DNA of 64,000 nucleotides from an uncultured delta proteobacterium (GTDB taxonomy: Bacteria; Bdellovibrionota; FAC87; UBA2466), in NCBI GenBank assembly GCA_963778115.1, contig CAVZSV010000004.1, forward strand, positions 2,592,001-2,656,000, in the 5' to 3' direction. The position numbers and the translations under genes are program-made. The notes beneath the pieces were generated by a model, which ran no database searches, was not told where the DNA came from, and saw nothing but the letters and a program-made list of their open reading frames with translations. Positions 30,271 through 40,622 of this stretch are shown piece after piece; the first letter of the stretch is position 1, and every line of letters starts with the position of its first letter.

Positions 30271-30595
30271 GATTTTAGGGGCGAAGGTGGTAATCAGATC
30301 CCATGCCCGATTATCGGTTTAAAGTAGACTTCGCTCTCAACGTCAGAAAATCAGAATGTACCGAAATCCGATAACCGCCCGAGGGATTGGTAAAATTTCT
30401 CAGAACATAAGACTCAAGCAAACGAGGTGAATGAAGTTCCTTGGACTGTTTGTTTATCATGAATTCCGAGATGGCGAGAATGGGTTCGATTTCTTGGGAG
30501 GCGGCACATCATTTCTGAGTCACCTTCCATGAAAAAAAACACCGATATTACGTATTTGAATTGAATAATTCTACAATTCAGGTTCATAAACGGGC

Positions 30596-31130
30596 ATGTA
30601 CTCAGTCAGACAAAAACGGGAAGTATTCCATTTTCTCTTTCTGGAGAAACTGCTTAAGGTCTCGGATCCTAAACTCTATATTCTAAAGGGCGGAGTGAAT
30701 CTCCGCTTCTTCTTTCATAGCCCGAGGTACTCCGAAGACATGGGTATAGCTGTTGTTGGAGGTGCGGTCCAAACCTAAAAAAAGAACGGCTATAAAATAT
30801 TAGAAGATGCCTCTTTTCAGAGAGGATTGCGGGCATTCGAAATTGAGCGCCTCATCCTAAACGATCCGGCCAAAGCCAAACAAACCGAAACCGTTCAGCG
30901 TTTTCGAGTTCGCTTGATAACATCCGCGGGAGAAGAACTTCCCACCAAAGTAGAGTTCTCGAGGCGTGGTAAGGGCGCTTTCGCCTATTCGGTCGATCGG
31001 GCGGATCCTGAGATTGCGCGCAGCTACCAAAGATTGGCTTTCCGTTGCCCACATTACACTGGGGAATCGGCCGTGCTCCAGAAAGTGATTGCACTCGCGG
31101 ACCGAGATTTAACTCAAGCCCGGGATCTGC
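30596..31130 (+). pseudogene. AbiEii-type nucleotidyltransferase toxin pseudogene
   Basis: LKGGVNLRFF..PRYSEDMG (expected second Asp replaced by Gly), frameshift near 30776, KVIALADR..QARDL then truncated. Confidence 0.8.
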
Positions 31131-31800
31131 CAACCCAGGCCCATTTCCAAGTTAGCATCAGCAAATTCCACGGCGTGAGTTCTAATCATCGCTCGGCCCA
31201 ACGGGGTGTTATCGGGATTAAGGTTGGCTTCGGCATAAATAAGAAGATCATTAGCCGTGGGGAATAACGCTCCACGCCCCTGAGTCGCTTCAGAGAACTC
31301 CCACGGCACTAGCTTCTCTCCGTCTCCGCCATAACCAATTACCAGTCGATTCATCTGCTCGTCATTGGGAAGGATAACGGTGTCCTTCATTCCCAGAGGT
31401 TCCGTAATACGGGTCCGAATAAGGTCCGCAAACGTCATTCCCCCAGCCCGGGATAGCGCCGTCCCCAAAAGGCTAAAACCCAAGTTAGAATAACCGTAAT
31501 TTCCGCGTCCCGGTTGGCCCGGAAAATGGTCCACCGTAAAAGGTTGGATGAGCCGCTCACGATTCAACCAATAGTAAGGATTAAAATCGAAATAAGGATG
31601 GCCGGTATATCCGGGAGGCATTCGAGGTAGCCCCGAAGTATGGGTGGCAAGCTCGCGTAGGGTCACACCGGAAATTTTAGTTTGCCGCGTCTCGGGAATC
31701 AGGCGATCCGAAGAGATTGCTTCATCCTTTTCCACCTGACTTATCGCGTCGAAGAGAGTACTGTAGCCGTCCAAGCTAGGGAGTAAAGGCTTCTCAACCT
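31109..31800 (-). pseudogene. Serine hydrolase (class C beta-lactamase-like) fragment
   Basis: LATHTSGLPR, YGYSNLGF, PLGMKDT present; SxxK and C-terminal HxG regions missing. Confidence 0.75.
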
Positions 31801-31862
31801 CATCTGATTATCATCCTCGATCAGAAGCCCGTCCTTTCCTTGAATGCGGACGGTAAAGTGTC

Positions 31863-34800
31863 ATGGATTCAGAGAAAATTTCAGGTCGAGTTGAGGATTC
31901 ACGAAAGAAGGACCAGAATTCGCGGGAGGGCCTGCCTCCGGTGAATGACTTTCCCATCGTCGGGATCGGAGCTTCCGCCGGAGGTCTCGAAACCTTCACA
32001 AAGCTGCTTACTTTTTTGCCCACCGATAGTGGCATGGCGTTCATCCTGATTCAACACCTCGACCCAACCCACCCCAGTTTACTCGCCGAGATTATGTCTC
32101 GCGCGACAAGAATGCCCGTCGTCGAAGTCGAGGAGCTGGTTAAAGTCCTTCCCAACCGGATTTATGTGATGCCCTCAAACCGGGACATGATTATTTTGGA
32201 TGGGATCCTGCGCACTCAGGTTCGAAAGAGCACGTATGGAATGCCAAACACCATCGATTCTTTTTTCGAATCTCTCGCCGCAGATGCGAAGAATCGGGCC
32301 ATTGGAATCATCTTATCAGGGACGGGTTCCGACGGTGCCCATGGAATGACTCAGATTAAGGCGGAGGGAGGGATTACGATCGCGCAAGAGGTAAGCACGG
32401 CCAAGTTTGGGGAAATGCCAAAAAATGCGATTGCCACTGAATGCGTCGATTTCGTTCTCTCTATCGAGGAAATTGCAAAAGAGTTACTTCGCATCGCTCA
32501 GCATCCGTATCTTTGTGACAGCACATCGCTCGTAGAGAATCCCGAAGTCCCCGAGAAAATTGGTGATGCGACGGTGGTTGCGGATATATTGAAAATTGTG
32601 CGAAAAGGAACCGGGGTTGATTTTAGCGCCTACAAGCGTAACACCATTATGCGCAGAATCTCCCGACGGATGGTTCTGTGTAGAAAAGAGAGCCTCCTGG
32701 AATATGCGAATTTGTTAACCGGCGATACTTCGGAGGTTCATGCGCTGTATCGAGATCTCCTTATCGGGGTCACAAGCTTCTTCAGAGATCCAGAAACATT
32801 CGAAGTGTTGAAAAACCAAATTTTCCCTGAAATCGTCAAGAACCGTGACATCGACAATACGATAAGAATTTGGGTGGCGGGTTGCGCAACAGGAGAAGAG
32901 GTCTACTCGATCTCCATGTGCTTAATCGACTTCCTTGAGGAGTCAAAGGCCAGATTTCCCGTTCAAATCTTTGGCACCGATGTGAGCGACCTATCGATCG
33001 ACAAAGCTCGCGCTGGCCTTTTTCGCGAGAGCTCCGTTGCCACGGTTCCCCCGGACTATTTGAAACGCTTTTTTACCAGGGCCGATAACGGTTTTCAGAT
33101 TAACAAGAACATTCGGGACGTATGTGTTTTTGCGCGGCAGAATGTAGTTACCGATCCTCCTTTTTCGGCGCTTGATTTAGTTAGTTGTAGAAATGTACTC
33201 ATCTATCTTGAACCGGTGCTTCAAAAAAGAGTCATTTCTCTATTTCACTATGCCCTTAAGTCTACTGGTTTTCTTATGCTAGGAAACGCCGAGAGCGCGG
33301 GAGCGCATCCGGAATTGTTTTCGGAACACGGCAAATATCAGAAAGTTTATCTTAAGAAGGCCGGAATAGAGCCTTCCCACTTTGATTTTGCACGTAGATA
33401 TGTAGGACGAGACGCTGTCACGGGGAAGACTACTTTTGCCATCGAGGCGCAAACCGTTGTCGATAGTCAGAGTGAATTGGATAGAGAGACCGAGAAAGTT
33501 CTGGCGAGCCGAGCTCCGGTGGGGGCGACCATTAACGAACATTTAGAGATTATTCAAATGCGCGGCCAGACCGGTCTTTTTCTGGAAGCTCCTACAGGTC
33601 CACTAACCAACGACATTCTGAAAATGGCGAGACCTGGTTTGCGAGGAGATCTCGCAAAGGCGATTCACCGGGCACAGCGCGACAATGTCCGGGTCGAAAA
33701 AAATAATTTAAGGATTAAACATAACAAAGGTTTTATAGGGGCGTCCCTCGAGGTAATTCCCTTTCAGAGTGCGGTTTCCAAAAGTCGGCTTTTCGCGATT
33801 GTCTTTTCGGAATCTCCATCTTCCGAAAAGCCACTTCAACAGGGGGTGCAGCCAGAGGATGTAAGAACCGCTCTTTTGGAAAAGGAACTCGCCGACACCC
33901 AAGAGTATTTGCAGTCGCTAGTCGAAAAGGAACGCCTGGCTTCCCACGATTTACGGGCTGTTAATGAGGAGATTCTTTCCAGTAACGAGGAAATGCAAAG
34001 CTCTAATGAGGAACTTGAAACAGCAAAAGAGGAATTGCAGTCTTCAAACGAGGAACTTGCCACGGTTAACGATGAACTTAATCACCGCAATCGCTCTTTA
34101 AGCGAACTAAATAGCGATCTGAATAATCTCCTTAGTACGGTCCATGTGCCGGTGATTATGCTTAGCCGGGACTTAATCATTAGAAGGTTTAGTGCTTTGG
34201 CCGAAACGCTCATTAGTCTGACGCCTAGCGATGTCGGGCGAAATATTAAAGACTTTAAGACAAAACTTAATATCCCTGATCTTGTCGAGATCGTGACCGA
34301 CGTTATTGATAACGTATCGGAGTATGCCCAGGAGATACAAGATGAGCAGGGGAGATGGTTTTCTCTGAGAATCCGTCCCTATCAGACCCTCGATAAAAAA
34401 ATAGATGGGGCAATTGTAGCTCTGATTGATATTGGGACACTTAAAAGTATCCGTGATTATGCCGAAGGCATTGTCCGCACCATGCGTGAGTCATTGATCG
34501 TGTTGGACTCCGACTTGCGGGTAAAGACAGCGAACCCGTCTTTTTATCGAACGTTTTCTGCCGTGCCAGAGCTTATTGAAAAGAAGTTAATCTACGAGAT
34601 AGGTGACGGCGAATGGAATAGTAAGGAGCTTCGGACCTTGCTCGAGGAAATCCTCCCCAAGAATTCTCACTTTCATGATTTTCAGATGCCTTATCACTCC
34701 ATGAAGAAGGGGCATCGCACTTTACTCCTTAACGCGAGCCGGCTTCGAGACGGGAGCAAGGACGGAGATCTTATTCTTCTGGCCATAGAAGATATTACGG

Positions 34801-35567
34801 AGCGTAGTGAAGCGCTCGCTACACTTACGGAGACGGCCGAGGCCTTGGGCAGGGCGAACCTAGAGTTGGAACAGTTTGCTGCGATTGCTTCCCATGACCT
34901 CCAAGAACCCTTGCGTATGGTGTCTACATTCATGCAACTTTTGTCGAAGAAATACATCGGTAAATTAGATGCGGATGCCGACGAGTACATCAAAGTAGCC
35001 GTTGGAGGAGCAACGAGGATGCAGCTCCTGGTACAAGACCTTTTGCACTTTTCTCAGTGCGGGAGAGGGGAATTAAAGCACGAATTGACGGATACCTCCA
35101 AAGTACTCGTAGAGACAATCGCCGGTTTAGGAAGCTTAATAGAGGAGACGCGTACCAAGATATCTCATGATCAATTGCCGACGGTGCCAGTCGACGGTAT
35201 TTTACTTGGGCAAGTTTTTCAAAATTTGATTACTAACGCTATCAAGTTTCGTGACGGAAGAGATCCCGAAATTCATATTTCAAGCAAAACGAAGGGCCCC
35301 AATTGCGAATTTTCTGTGACGGACAACGGGATTGGGATTGAAAAACAATTTATCGACAGGATCTTTCTCATCTTCCAGCGCCTTCATACCAAAGAGAAAT
35401 ATGCCGGAACGGGGGTGGGGCTCGCCATGTGCAAGAAGATTATTGAACGTTATGGCGGTCGAATATGGGTAGAGTCTGAACGGGGCCAGGGGTCGACTTT
35501 TTTCTTTACGCTGCCTTCGGTGTACCACGGCGAAGGCCGTATTGGGACGCTTCCCGTTCCTTCCTAA
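31863..35567 (+). CDS. CheB-CheR-PAS-histidine kinase fusion
   Basis: GASAGG/QHLD/GSDG CheB triad, RIWVAGCATGEEVYS and SCRNVLIY CheR motifs, SSNEE coiled coil, PAS, SHDLQEP, HATPase boxes. Confidence 0.95.
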   Translation: MDSEKISGRVEDSRKKDQNSREGLPPVNDFPIVGIGASAGGLETFTKLLTFLPTDSGMAFILIQHLDPTHPSLLAEIMSRATRMPVVEVEELVKVLPNRIYVMPSNRDMIILDGILRTQVRKSTYGMPNTIDSFFESLAADAKNRAIGIILSGTGSDGAHGMTQIKAEGGITIAQEVSTAKFGEMPKNAIATECVDFVLSIEEIAKELLRIAQHPYLCDSTSLVENPEVPEKIGDATVVADILKIVRKGTGVDFSAYKRNTIMRRISRRMVLCRKESLLEYANLLTGDTSEVHALYRDLLIGVTSFFRDPETFEVLKNQIFPEIVKNRDIDNTIRIWVAGCATGEEVYSISMCLIDFLEESKARFPVQIFGTDVSDLSIDKARAGLFRESSVATVPPDYLKRFFTRADNGFQINKNIRDVCVFARQNVVTDPPFSALDLVSCRNVLIYLEPVLQKRVISLFHYALKSTGFLMLGNAESAGAHPELFSEHGKYQKVYLKKAGIEPSHFDFARRYVGRDAVTGKTTFAIEAQTVVDSQSELDRETEKVLASRAPVGATINEHLEIIQMRGQTGLFLEAPTGPLTNDILKMARPGLRGDLAKAIHRAQRDNVRVEKNNLRIKHNKGFIGASLEVIPFQSAVSKSRLFAIVFSESPSSEKPLQQGVQPEDVRTALLEKELADTQEYLQSLVEKERLASHDLRAVNEEILSSNEEMQSSNEELETAKEELQSSNEELATVNDELNHRNRSLSELNSDLNNLLSTVHVPVIMLSRDLIIRRFSALAETLISLTPSDVGRNIKDFKTKLNIPDLVEIVTDVIDNVSEYAQEIQDEQGRWFSLRIRPYQTLDKKIDGAIVALIDIGTLKSIRDYAEGIVRTMRESLIVLDSDLRVKTANPSFYRTFSAVPELIEKKLIYEIGDGEWNSKELRTLLEEILPKNSHFHDFQMPYHSMKKGHRTLLLNASRLRDGSKDGDLILLAIEDITERSEALATLTETAEALGRANLELEQFAAIASHDLQEPLRMVSTFMQLLSKKYIGKLDADADEYIKVAVGGATRMQLLVQDLLHFSQCGRGELKHELTDTSKVLVETIAGLGSLIEETRTKISHDQLPTVPVDGILLGQVFQNLITNAIKFRDGRDPEIHISSKTKGPNCEFSVTDNGIGIEKQFIDRIFLIFQRLHTKEKYAGTGVGLAMCKKIIERYGGRIWVESERGQGSTFFFTLPSVYHGEGRIGTLPVPS

Positions 35568-35689
35568 AAGAGACGAAGAAGACCCACAATAGATGATGAC
35601 ATTTCGCGTTATTAACGTAGGTTGAATTGTCCGCCGCTCAACCACTGCCTGCCCAACAAAATTGCAACCGGCGTCCGAGAGGCATCGTC

Positions 35690-36190
35690 ATGAGCGAAAG
35701 AAAACTAAATATACTTCTGGTCGAAGACAATTTCGGCGACGAACTATTGATCAAGGAAGCCCTTAAGAGCAGCAACTGCGGAAGCCATTTGAGCGTGGTC
35801 CGCGATGGAATTTGCGCCCTTTCTTACCTGCGAAGAGAAGGGGGCCATTCACACTCGTCCCGGCCCGATATCATATTTCTCGATGTCAACATCCCGAAAA
35901 AATCTGGGATAGAGGTTCTTGCCGAGATTAAATCGGATCAAAGTTTAAACTCGATCCGTGTTTTGATGCTGACTACATCGGATTCATATCGGGATAAGGC
36001 CCGATGTCTCGATTTGAAGGCCGATGCCTATATTCGTAAACCAGTCGATTTAGAAGATTTTTTGAAGGTAATCAAAACGACGGAAAACCACTACATAAAC
36101 AAACTAATCGAGCCCGACGTTGAGGGTTCCGATGGAGCTGATTTCAATTTAGAATCCACCCCTTCCACATCCAAGCGTGAAGCTTCCTAG
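35690..36190 (+). CDS. Single-domain response regulator (Rcp1-like)
   Basis: LLVEDN, PDIIFLDVNIP, LTTS, YIRKP. Confidence 0.92.
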   Translation: MSERKLNILLVEDNFGDELLIKEALKSSNCGSHLSVVRDGICALSYLRREGGHSHSSRPDIIFLDVNIPKKSGIEVLAEIKSDQSLNSIRVLMLTTSDSYRDKARCLDLKADAYIRKPVDLEDFLKVIKTTENHYINKLIEPDVEGSDGADFNLESTPSTSKREAS

Positions 36191-36243
36191 ATAACCGGGC
36201 TTCGAAGGTGGTTTAGAAATAGACCTCGCTGAACTTTCGAAGT

Positions 36244-36927
36244 TTATGCTGCCAGTTGCCTAATGATGCCCCAGTCACGTTTTACGTTCCAAGCAGTCGA
36301 AAAAGAACCAAAACACTTTCGAGCCAGCTCTGACGGAGTGAGCATAGGCTCCCGATCCAGCATTGCCCACATATCGGCGCGGTAGCTGGGGCCGATAATA
36401 AGACGTTGCCGATACCCCGAATGGAATTTGGCAACGGTAACACTATCCGCTATATCGCTTGGTCTGTGTCGGAGTAGCTTAGCGGGCACAACGAAGTGAG
36501 ATTTCGCGAAGCGAGGATCTTCTCCATCCCGCTTAAGCCAAAACTTCATTTGATCCTCGTCCCCTATTGGTAGGGGCACTCCCCGATAGATACGAGAGAG
36601 TTTTCTCATGCGCGGATCATTCCTCTGCCATTTCGCCATGGCGCTCCAGAAGGCTTTGAGTCTCTTGTCCGGAAGCTCCTTTAGGATGGTATATAAACGA
36701 TCCACATTTACCTGCTTGAAATGGATCGACATCCAATCGACAAGTAGGGAAAGAGTTCGATAATCTCCCGCCAGACCTTCGATCGAACCCGCGACCAAGG
36801 TATGTTCGATGTTGGGTTCTTCTTTCGCTCTATCTTCCGCAAACAGAAAACCGATAGAAACAAGATCTAACGTAAGGGCCTTACCTGATGGGAATGACGA
36901 TGGCAGAATGTCACGCTTAAATCCCAT
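36244..36927 (-). CDS. Hypothetical protein, putative antitoxin/regulator with C-terminal HTH-like segment
   Basis: Coupled to the upstream nucleotidyltransferase remnant; LTPSELARKCFGSFSTAWNV. Confidence 0.6.
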   Translation of the reverse strand: MGFKRDILPSSFPSGKALTLDLVSIGFLFAEDRAKEEPNIEHTLVAGSIEGLAGDYRTLSLLVDWMSIHFKQVNVDRLYTILKELPDKRLKAFWSAMAKWQRNDPRMRKLSRIYRGVPLPIGDEDQMKFWLKRDGEDPRFAKSHFVVPAKLLRHRPSDIADSVTVAKFHSGYRQRLIIGPSYRADMWAMLDREPMLTPSELARKCFGSFSTAWNVKRDWGIIRQLAA

Positions 36928-37118
36928 ACCCGAGCTTTCTCCCTAACTTTGCGAATTCACTTTCTACATGCTTCGGCCAATCAACGTTTGTCACGAGTTT
37001 CTCTTGAAATGATTCCAAGAAGAGCCAGGGCTGTGGCGCCGATGACCACGCCTCGAAAGGAAAGCCCTTTCTCGGCTAAGAACCGGTCAAATTCCTTGAG
37101 TGTAGCCTCCGGTTTCAC
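36917..37118 (-). pseudogene. Internally deleted DUF6036-like nucleotidyltransferase
   Basis: MKPEATLKEFDRFLAEKGLSFRGVVIGATALALLGIISRETRD joined out of frame to C-terminus-like NVDWPKHVEK / FAKLGRKLGYGI. Confidence 0.65.
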
Positions 37119-37488
37119 AGTATTATTATATAAGATACCAAATAAAAGGCAAGGACATAGCCTGGATCAGGACATAACTTACTAGTTTTAAATGGGTTTT
37201 TGTTACTCAAAAAAAATGGGCCATTCCCATGGCCCCCTTTCGCTCTTCAAAACCGAAATGTGGGTTTCACATCCCGATTTGTATTTTGTTTGAAGCTACT
37301 CCCTTCCCCCGAGGAAAACATGCTTTCGTATGAGCATTACGTTAGAACCCTGCCGAGATATTTCCCGTTTCCGCCAAGACCGAATGATATAAGATGAGTC
37401 ATGCGTTCCGAGCCTGAAACCAAGTGAGCTGGCATCAGGAGACTCCAACCAAATAGCTGGATCTAAAGCGCTTCAAAAAGCAATAGGA

Positions 37489-38871
37489 CTAGCTATCCGA
37501 ATCATCCTCGTCTTCCTCATCCTGTTCATCGGCACCGGAGGCCGAACGAGCTTGTTCAAGAACGGTTTTGGCAAGTTCGGGGAGGCGTAAGATTCCATAG
37601 AGAGGATAATTGCACACTCTCCCGTCGTGTTTGAAGTTTCGCGCACTGGCTCTGGAAAGAACTGGAGGTGAAAACTTTCCATCATAGAATTTCAAACTGG
37701 GTTTGTGGCGCTGTTTACCTGCTTTTACTTCGAGGGGGTATATCATCCCATCGTGGCAGAGGACGAAATCAACTTCGGCTACGTTCGGCCGGGCCCAATA
37801 GAAAAGGTCTCTTTCGCCTTCGGAATAGAGCTGCTGCGCGACGTAATTCTCAGTGAACGCCCCATTAAACTGGGCGAACAGGGTGTTCTTTTGAACAATG
37901 GTCTTCATCGAAAGCCTGAGCTTTGCTCCCAGTAGCCCTACGTCGAGAAGATAGAGCTTGAACTTGTCTTCCTCTCGGTAAGCACTCAATGGCAGTTGGG
38001 CTGTTGAAATGCAATTGGAGACCAGGACCAGACCAGCATCTTTAAGCCACTGAATTGCCAGCTCGTAGTCCTTGGCGCGGGCTCCGCGCGCGATGTCAGC
38101 GTACTTAAATTTCTTATTCTCGCGCGCAAGCTGAGTCGAGATTGATTCCCAGACATGGGTAATTCGGATCGTTTCAGTCTTCGTGGTGTATTTCGAGAAA
38201 TCTAGAAGGTACGACTCCAGGATATTATTTTGGTGTTCACGGACCATACTCAGATCTTGAGTCTCTCGATACCGAAGGATCGGCTCGGGCATCCCTCCTA
38301 TGAACATATAGAGCTTCAGTTGGTGTAGGAGTTCCTCATGAAAGGCCTCTTCAATCGGCTCAAAGTCGCTCTTGTCTCTAAGGTATTTGCAGAGGGCCGT
38401 TTTTCCGAACGCCTCCAGATATTCGAAGAAATTAAATGGATAGAGATTTAGAAAAGTAACCTTTCCCACTGGAAACGGGGCCCCGTGCCCCACCTTCACT
38501 CCCAACAGAGAGCCCGCCGCCGCCACGTGGTACTGAGGGGAATGCTCATAGAAATACTTTAGACTACTCAGAGCTTTGGGAGCTGCTTGGATCTCGTCAA
38601 AAAAAATCAGCGTTTCGCCTGGAATGATTTTCTTTTCCCTATAGATGGACAGTTTCTCCAGAATTTTTGGAGTTTCGATATTTTGACTGAAAAACTCGCT
38701 TAGCGCCGGTGTTTCTTCAAAGTTGAAGTACGCCAAGTCTTTGTACTGAGCTTTTCCAAACTCTTTGAGCAAATAGGTTTTTCCGACCTGTCGCGCGCCC
38801 TTCACGATAAGCGGCTTTCTGTCCTTAGCGGATTTCCATTTAAGAAGCCGATGGTAGATATCTCTTTTCAT
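37489..38871 (-). CDS. AAA_14 ATPase with DUF4143 and C-terminal PD-(D/E)xK-like nuclease region
   Basis: GARQVGKT, FFDEIQ, AAGSLLG, GGMPE, LLDVGLL, ENYVAQQL, EVDF...PLEVKAG; acidic tail. Confidence 0.93.
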   Translation of the reverse strand: MKRDIYHRLLKWKSAKDRKPLIVKGARQVGKTYLLKEFGKAQYKDLAYFNFEETPALSEFFSQNIETPKILEKLSIYREKKIIPGETLIFFDEIQAAPKALSSLKYFYEHSPQYHVAAAGSLLGVKVGHGAPFPVGKVTFLNLYPFNFFEYLEAFGKTALCKYLRDKSDFEPIEEAFHEELLHQLKLYMFIGGMPEPILRYRETQDLSMVREHQNNILESYLLDFSKYTTKTETIRITHVWESISTQLARENKKFKYADIARGARAKDYELAIQWLKDAGLVLVSNCISTAQLPLSAYREEDKFKLYLLDVGLLGAKLRLSMKTIVQKNTLFAQFNGAFTENYVAQQLYSEGERDLFYWARPNVAEVDFVLCHDGMIYPLEVKAGKQRHKPSLKFYDGKFSPPVLSRASARNFKHDGRVCNYPLYGILRLPELAKTVLEQARSASGADEQDEEDEDDSDS

Positions 38872-38960
38872 CGCTGAGATTTTTCCTAATGGGCGTTATA
38901 ATGAGTTTGCTGGAGTTGAATCGAAGGCCCCCATTGCCCTCTTTTAGCACTTCAAAGGTT

Positions 38961-39077
38961 TTATTCTACAATAAGTGTCGTTCTGTAAACCGCTTATCCC
39001 ACCAAAAGTGTGAAGTTGCCTATTTCTTATCGCCTAAAAAGTGTGGTTTTTGTAGTAAATTATCCCATAAAAAGTGT
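38961..39077. repeat. Four 18-bp direct repeats at exact 33-bp period
   Basis: TTATTCTACAATAAGTGT (38961), TTATCCCACCAAAAGTGT (38994), TTATCGCCTAAAAAGTGT (39027), TTATCCCATAAAAAGTGT (39060); 15-bp spacers differ. Confidence 0.9.
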
Positions 39078-39199
39078 AGTTGTTCAGTTAAGGCTAGTAA
39101 TCTCAATAGCTTGCGATATCGCTAACTATTGAATTGGCTGAGCTTGGGTAGGCGTCTCAAGCCGGGAGCATTCAGTTCAGTCCCCCCTTTACTACTCGG

Positions 39200-39526
39200 A
39201 ACTTAAGAAACAGTGCACGCGGTCTTATGCAGATTACCAACGATACCAGAAAGATCTTAGGCGACGAAAAGGGTGAGTTGAAAGATCATTTCCTCACGCT
39301 TACGAAAGAGGAACTCAATGACCCCCGCGTCAATATTTGTGCCGGCGTCCGTTGGCTCTTCCATAAAAGAGAGCTACTTTCGATCAAACTAGGACGACAA
39401 GCCACTTGGCTAGAGGCTATCAGTTCCTACAAGGGAACTGATAAGGTATCGAGCAAAAGAGCAGTCAGTCTTATGAAGAAATTTAATGAAAAATATGAGG
39501 CCCTTAAAAAATGCAAAAAAGAGTGA
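39200..39526 (+). pseudogene. 5'-truncated lytic transglycosylase (SLT-like)
   Basis: SARGLMQIT and DPRVNICAGVRWL motifs; in-frame stop at 39149 and no catalytic ES motif upstream. Confidence 0.7.
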
Positions 39527-40359
39527 GCCTGCTACTCGTTTCATTTTTAATTTCTTTGACTCCGAGATTTCTTCCCGCGGCTCAAACCAAGGAAGAAGTT
39601 TTATGCTCTAAAGGAATCGAGACGAAAGATGAAAAAAAGCATGGCGACTACCTTATTCGAATTTCTTACGCGAACAATCGCATGTGCCAGCGCCTTGAAA
39701 TACTTAGACTTAGCCGAAGGGTATTCCATGAAGAAGATATAGGTAATCATTACGATTGGGGAGATGATGAAGAGGGCAACAATGCATTGGGAAGTCTCAT
39801 CGGCAATGGCACCCAACTCGTGGTTAGAAGATGGACCGGCGGTGCGCATTGCTGTACCGCGCTTCTTATTTTTGATTTAGGCAAACGCCTCAGGAAGATC
39901 GCCGAGATCGATGGGGGCAACTATGCCCCTGAAATCATCCGTCTGCCCGGGAGCCCATTGCCTGTCATCCGAGTAGCCGATGACTTTCTAGCTTACCGAT
40001 TTTCAAGTTTCGGTTTATCCGCAACTGCCGAAGTTTTTCTAAAGTATGCTAACGGTCGGTATTCGGTAGCGCCGGAATTCATGAGGAAACCGGCGCCCTC
40101 CAAGAGGAAAATTAACTCAATAATCGGTTCATGGAGAAGACTTTTACTTGAAAAGAAAACTGCCGACTGGCCACCACCAAATCTAGTTCAATCGTTTACT
40201 AATCTGGTTTATTCAGGAAACAAAGAGACTGCGGTTGTTCTATTAAAACGCGCATGGCCTACAAATCTTCCTGGAGAAAAGGAGTTTGTTCAATCCTGCG
40301 AGGAAGCATTGGCTGATTCTAAGTATTATTCAGAATTTGAGGGAAAGCTCTCCCGATAA
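39511..40359 (+). CDS. Secreted hypothetical protein (possible immunity partner)
   Basis: Signal peptide, WTGGAHCC motif, overlaps the 3' end of the SLT gene. Confidence 0.7.
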   Translation: MQKRVSLLLVSFLISLTPRFLPAAQTKEEVLCSKGIETKDEKKHGDYLIRISYANNRMCQRLEILRLSRRVFHEEDIGNHYDWGDDEEGNNALGSLIGNGTQLVVRRWTGGAHCCTALLIFDLGKRLRKIAEIDGGNYAPEIIRLPGSPLPVIRVADDFLAYRFSSFGLSATAEVFLKYANGRYSVAPEFMRKPAPSKRKINSIIGSWRRLLLEKKTADWPPPNLVQSFTNLVYSGNKETAVVLLKRAWPTNLPGEKEFVQSCEEALADSKYYSEFEGKLSR

Positions 40360-40622
40360 ATTAACGGAGAGCACGTCGAAATCCCGAGTGCACCAGTGCA
40401 CCGAGGATCGAATGCTTATCAAGGAGAGCACCAGACTAAGAATCTGGTGCTCTCCGAATTTCATTTGAATCTTAATCCTCCAATCTCAATTACTTACCTG
40501 TCTTTCCAGCTAGCCTTTTGACATGTGGTGGAAGATTTTTGGAAGATAATTCCAGACTATCGCGCGATAGACACAAGGAAATTAGCGTGCTAAGTAATTA
40601 ACTTCTCAGTCCTTTCTCCTAA

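Noticed and set aside
30470..30510. tRNA-like GGTTCGATT segment
   Set aside because: No T-stem pairing or acceptor stem
38961..39077. CRISPR array or DnaA-box cluster
   Set aside because: Repeats (18 bp, degenerate) and spacers (15 bp) are too short and there are no cas genes; TTATCCCA does not match TTATCCACA and no origin genes are nearby
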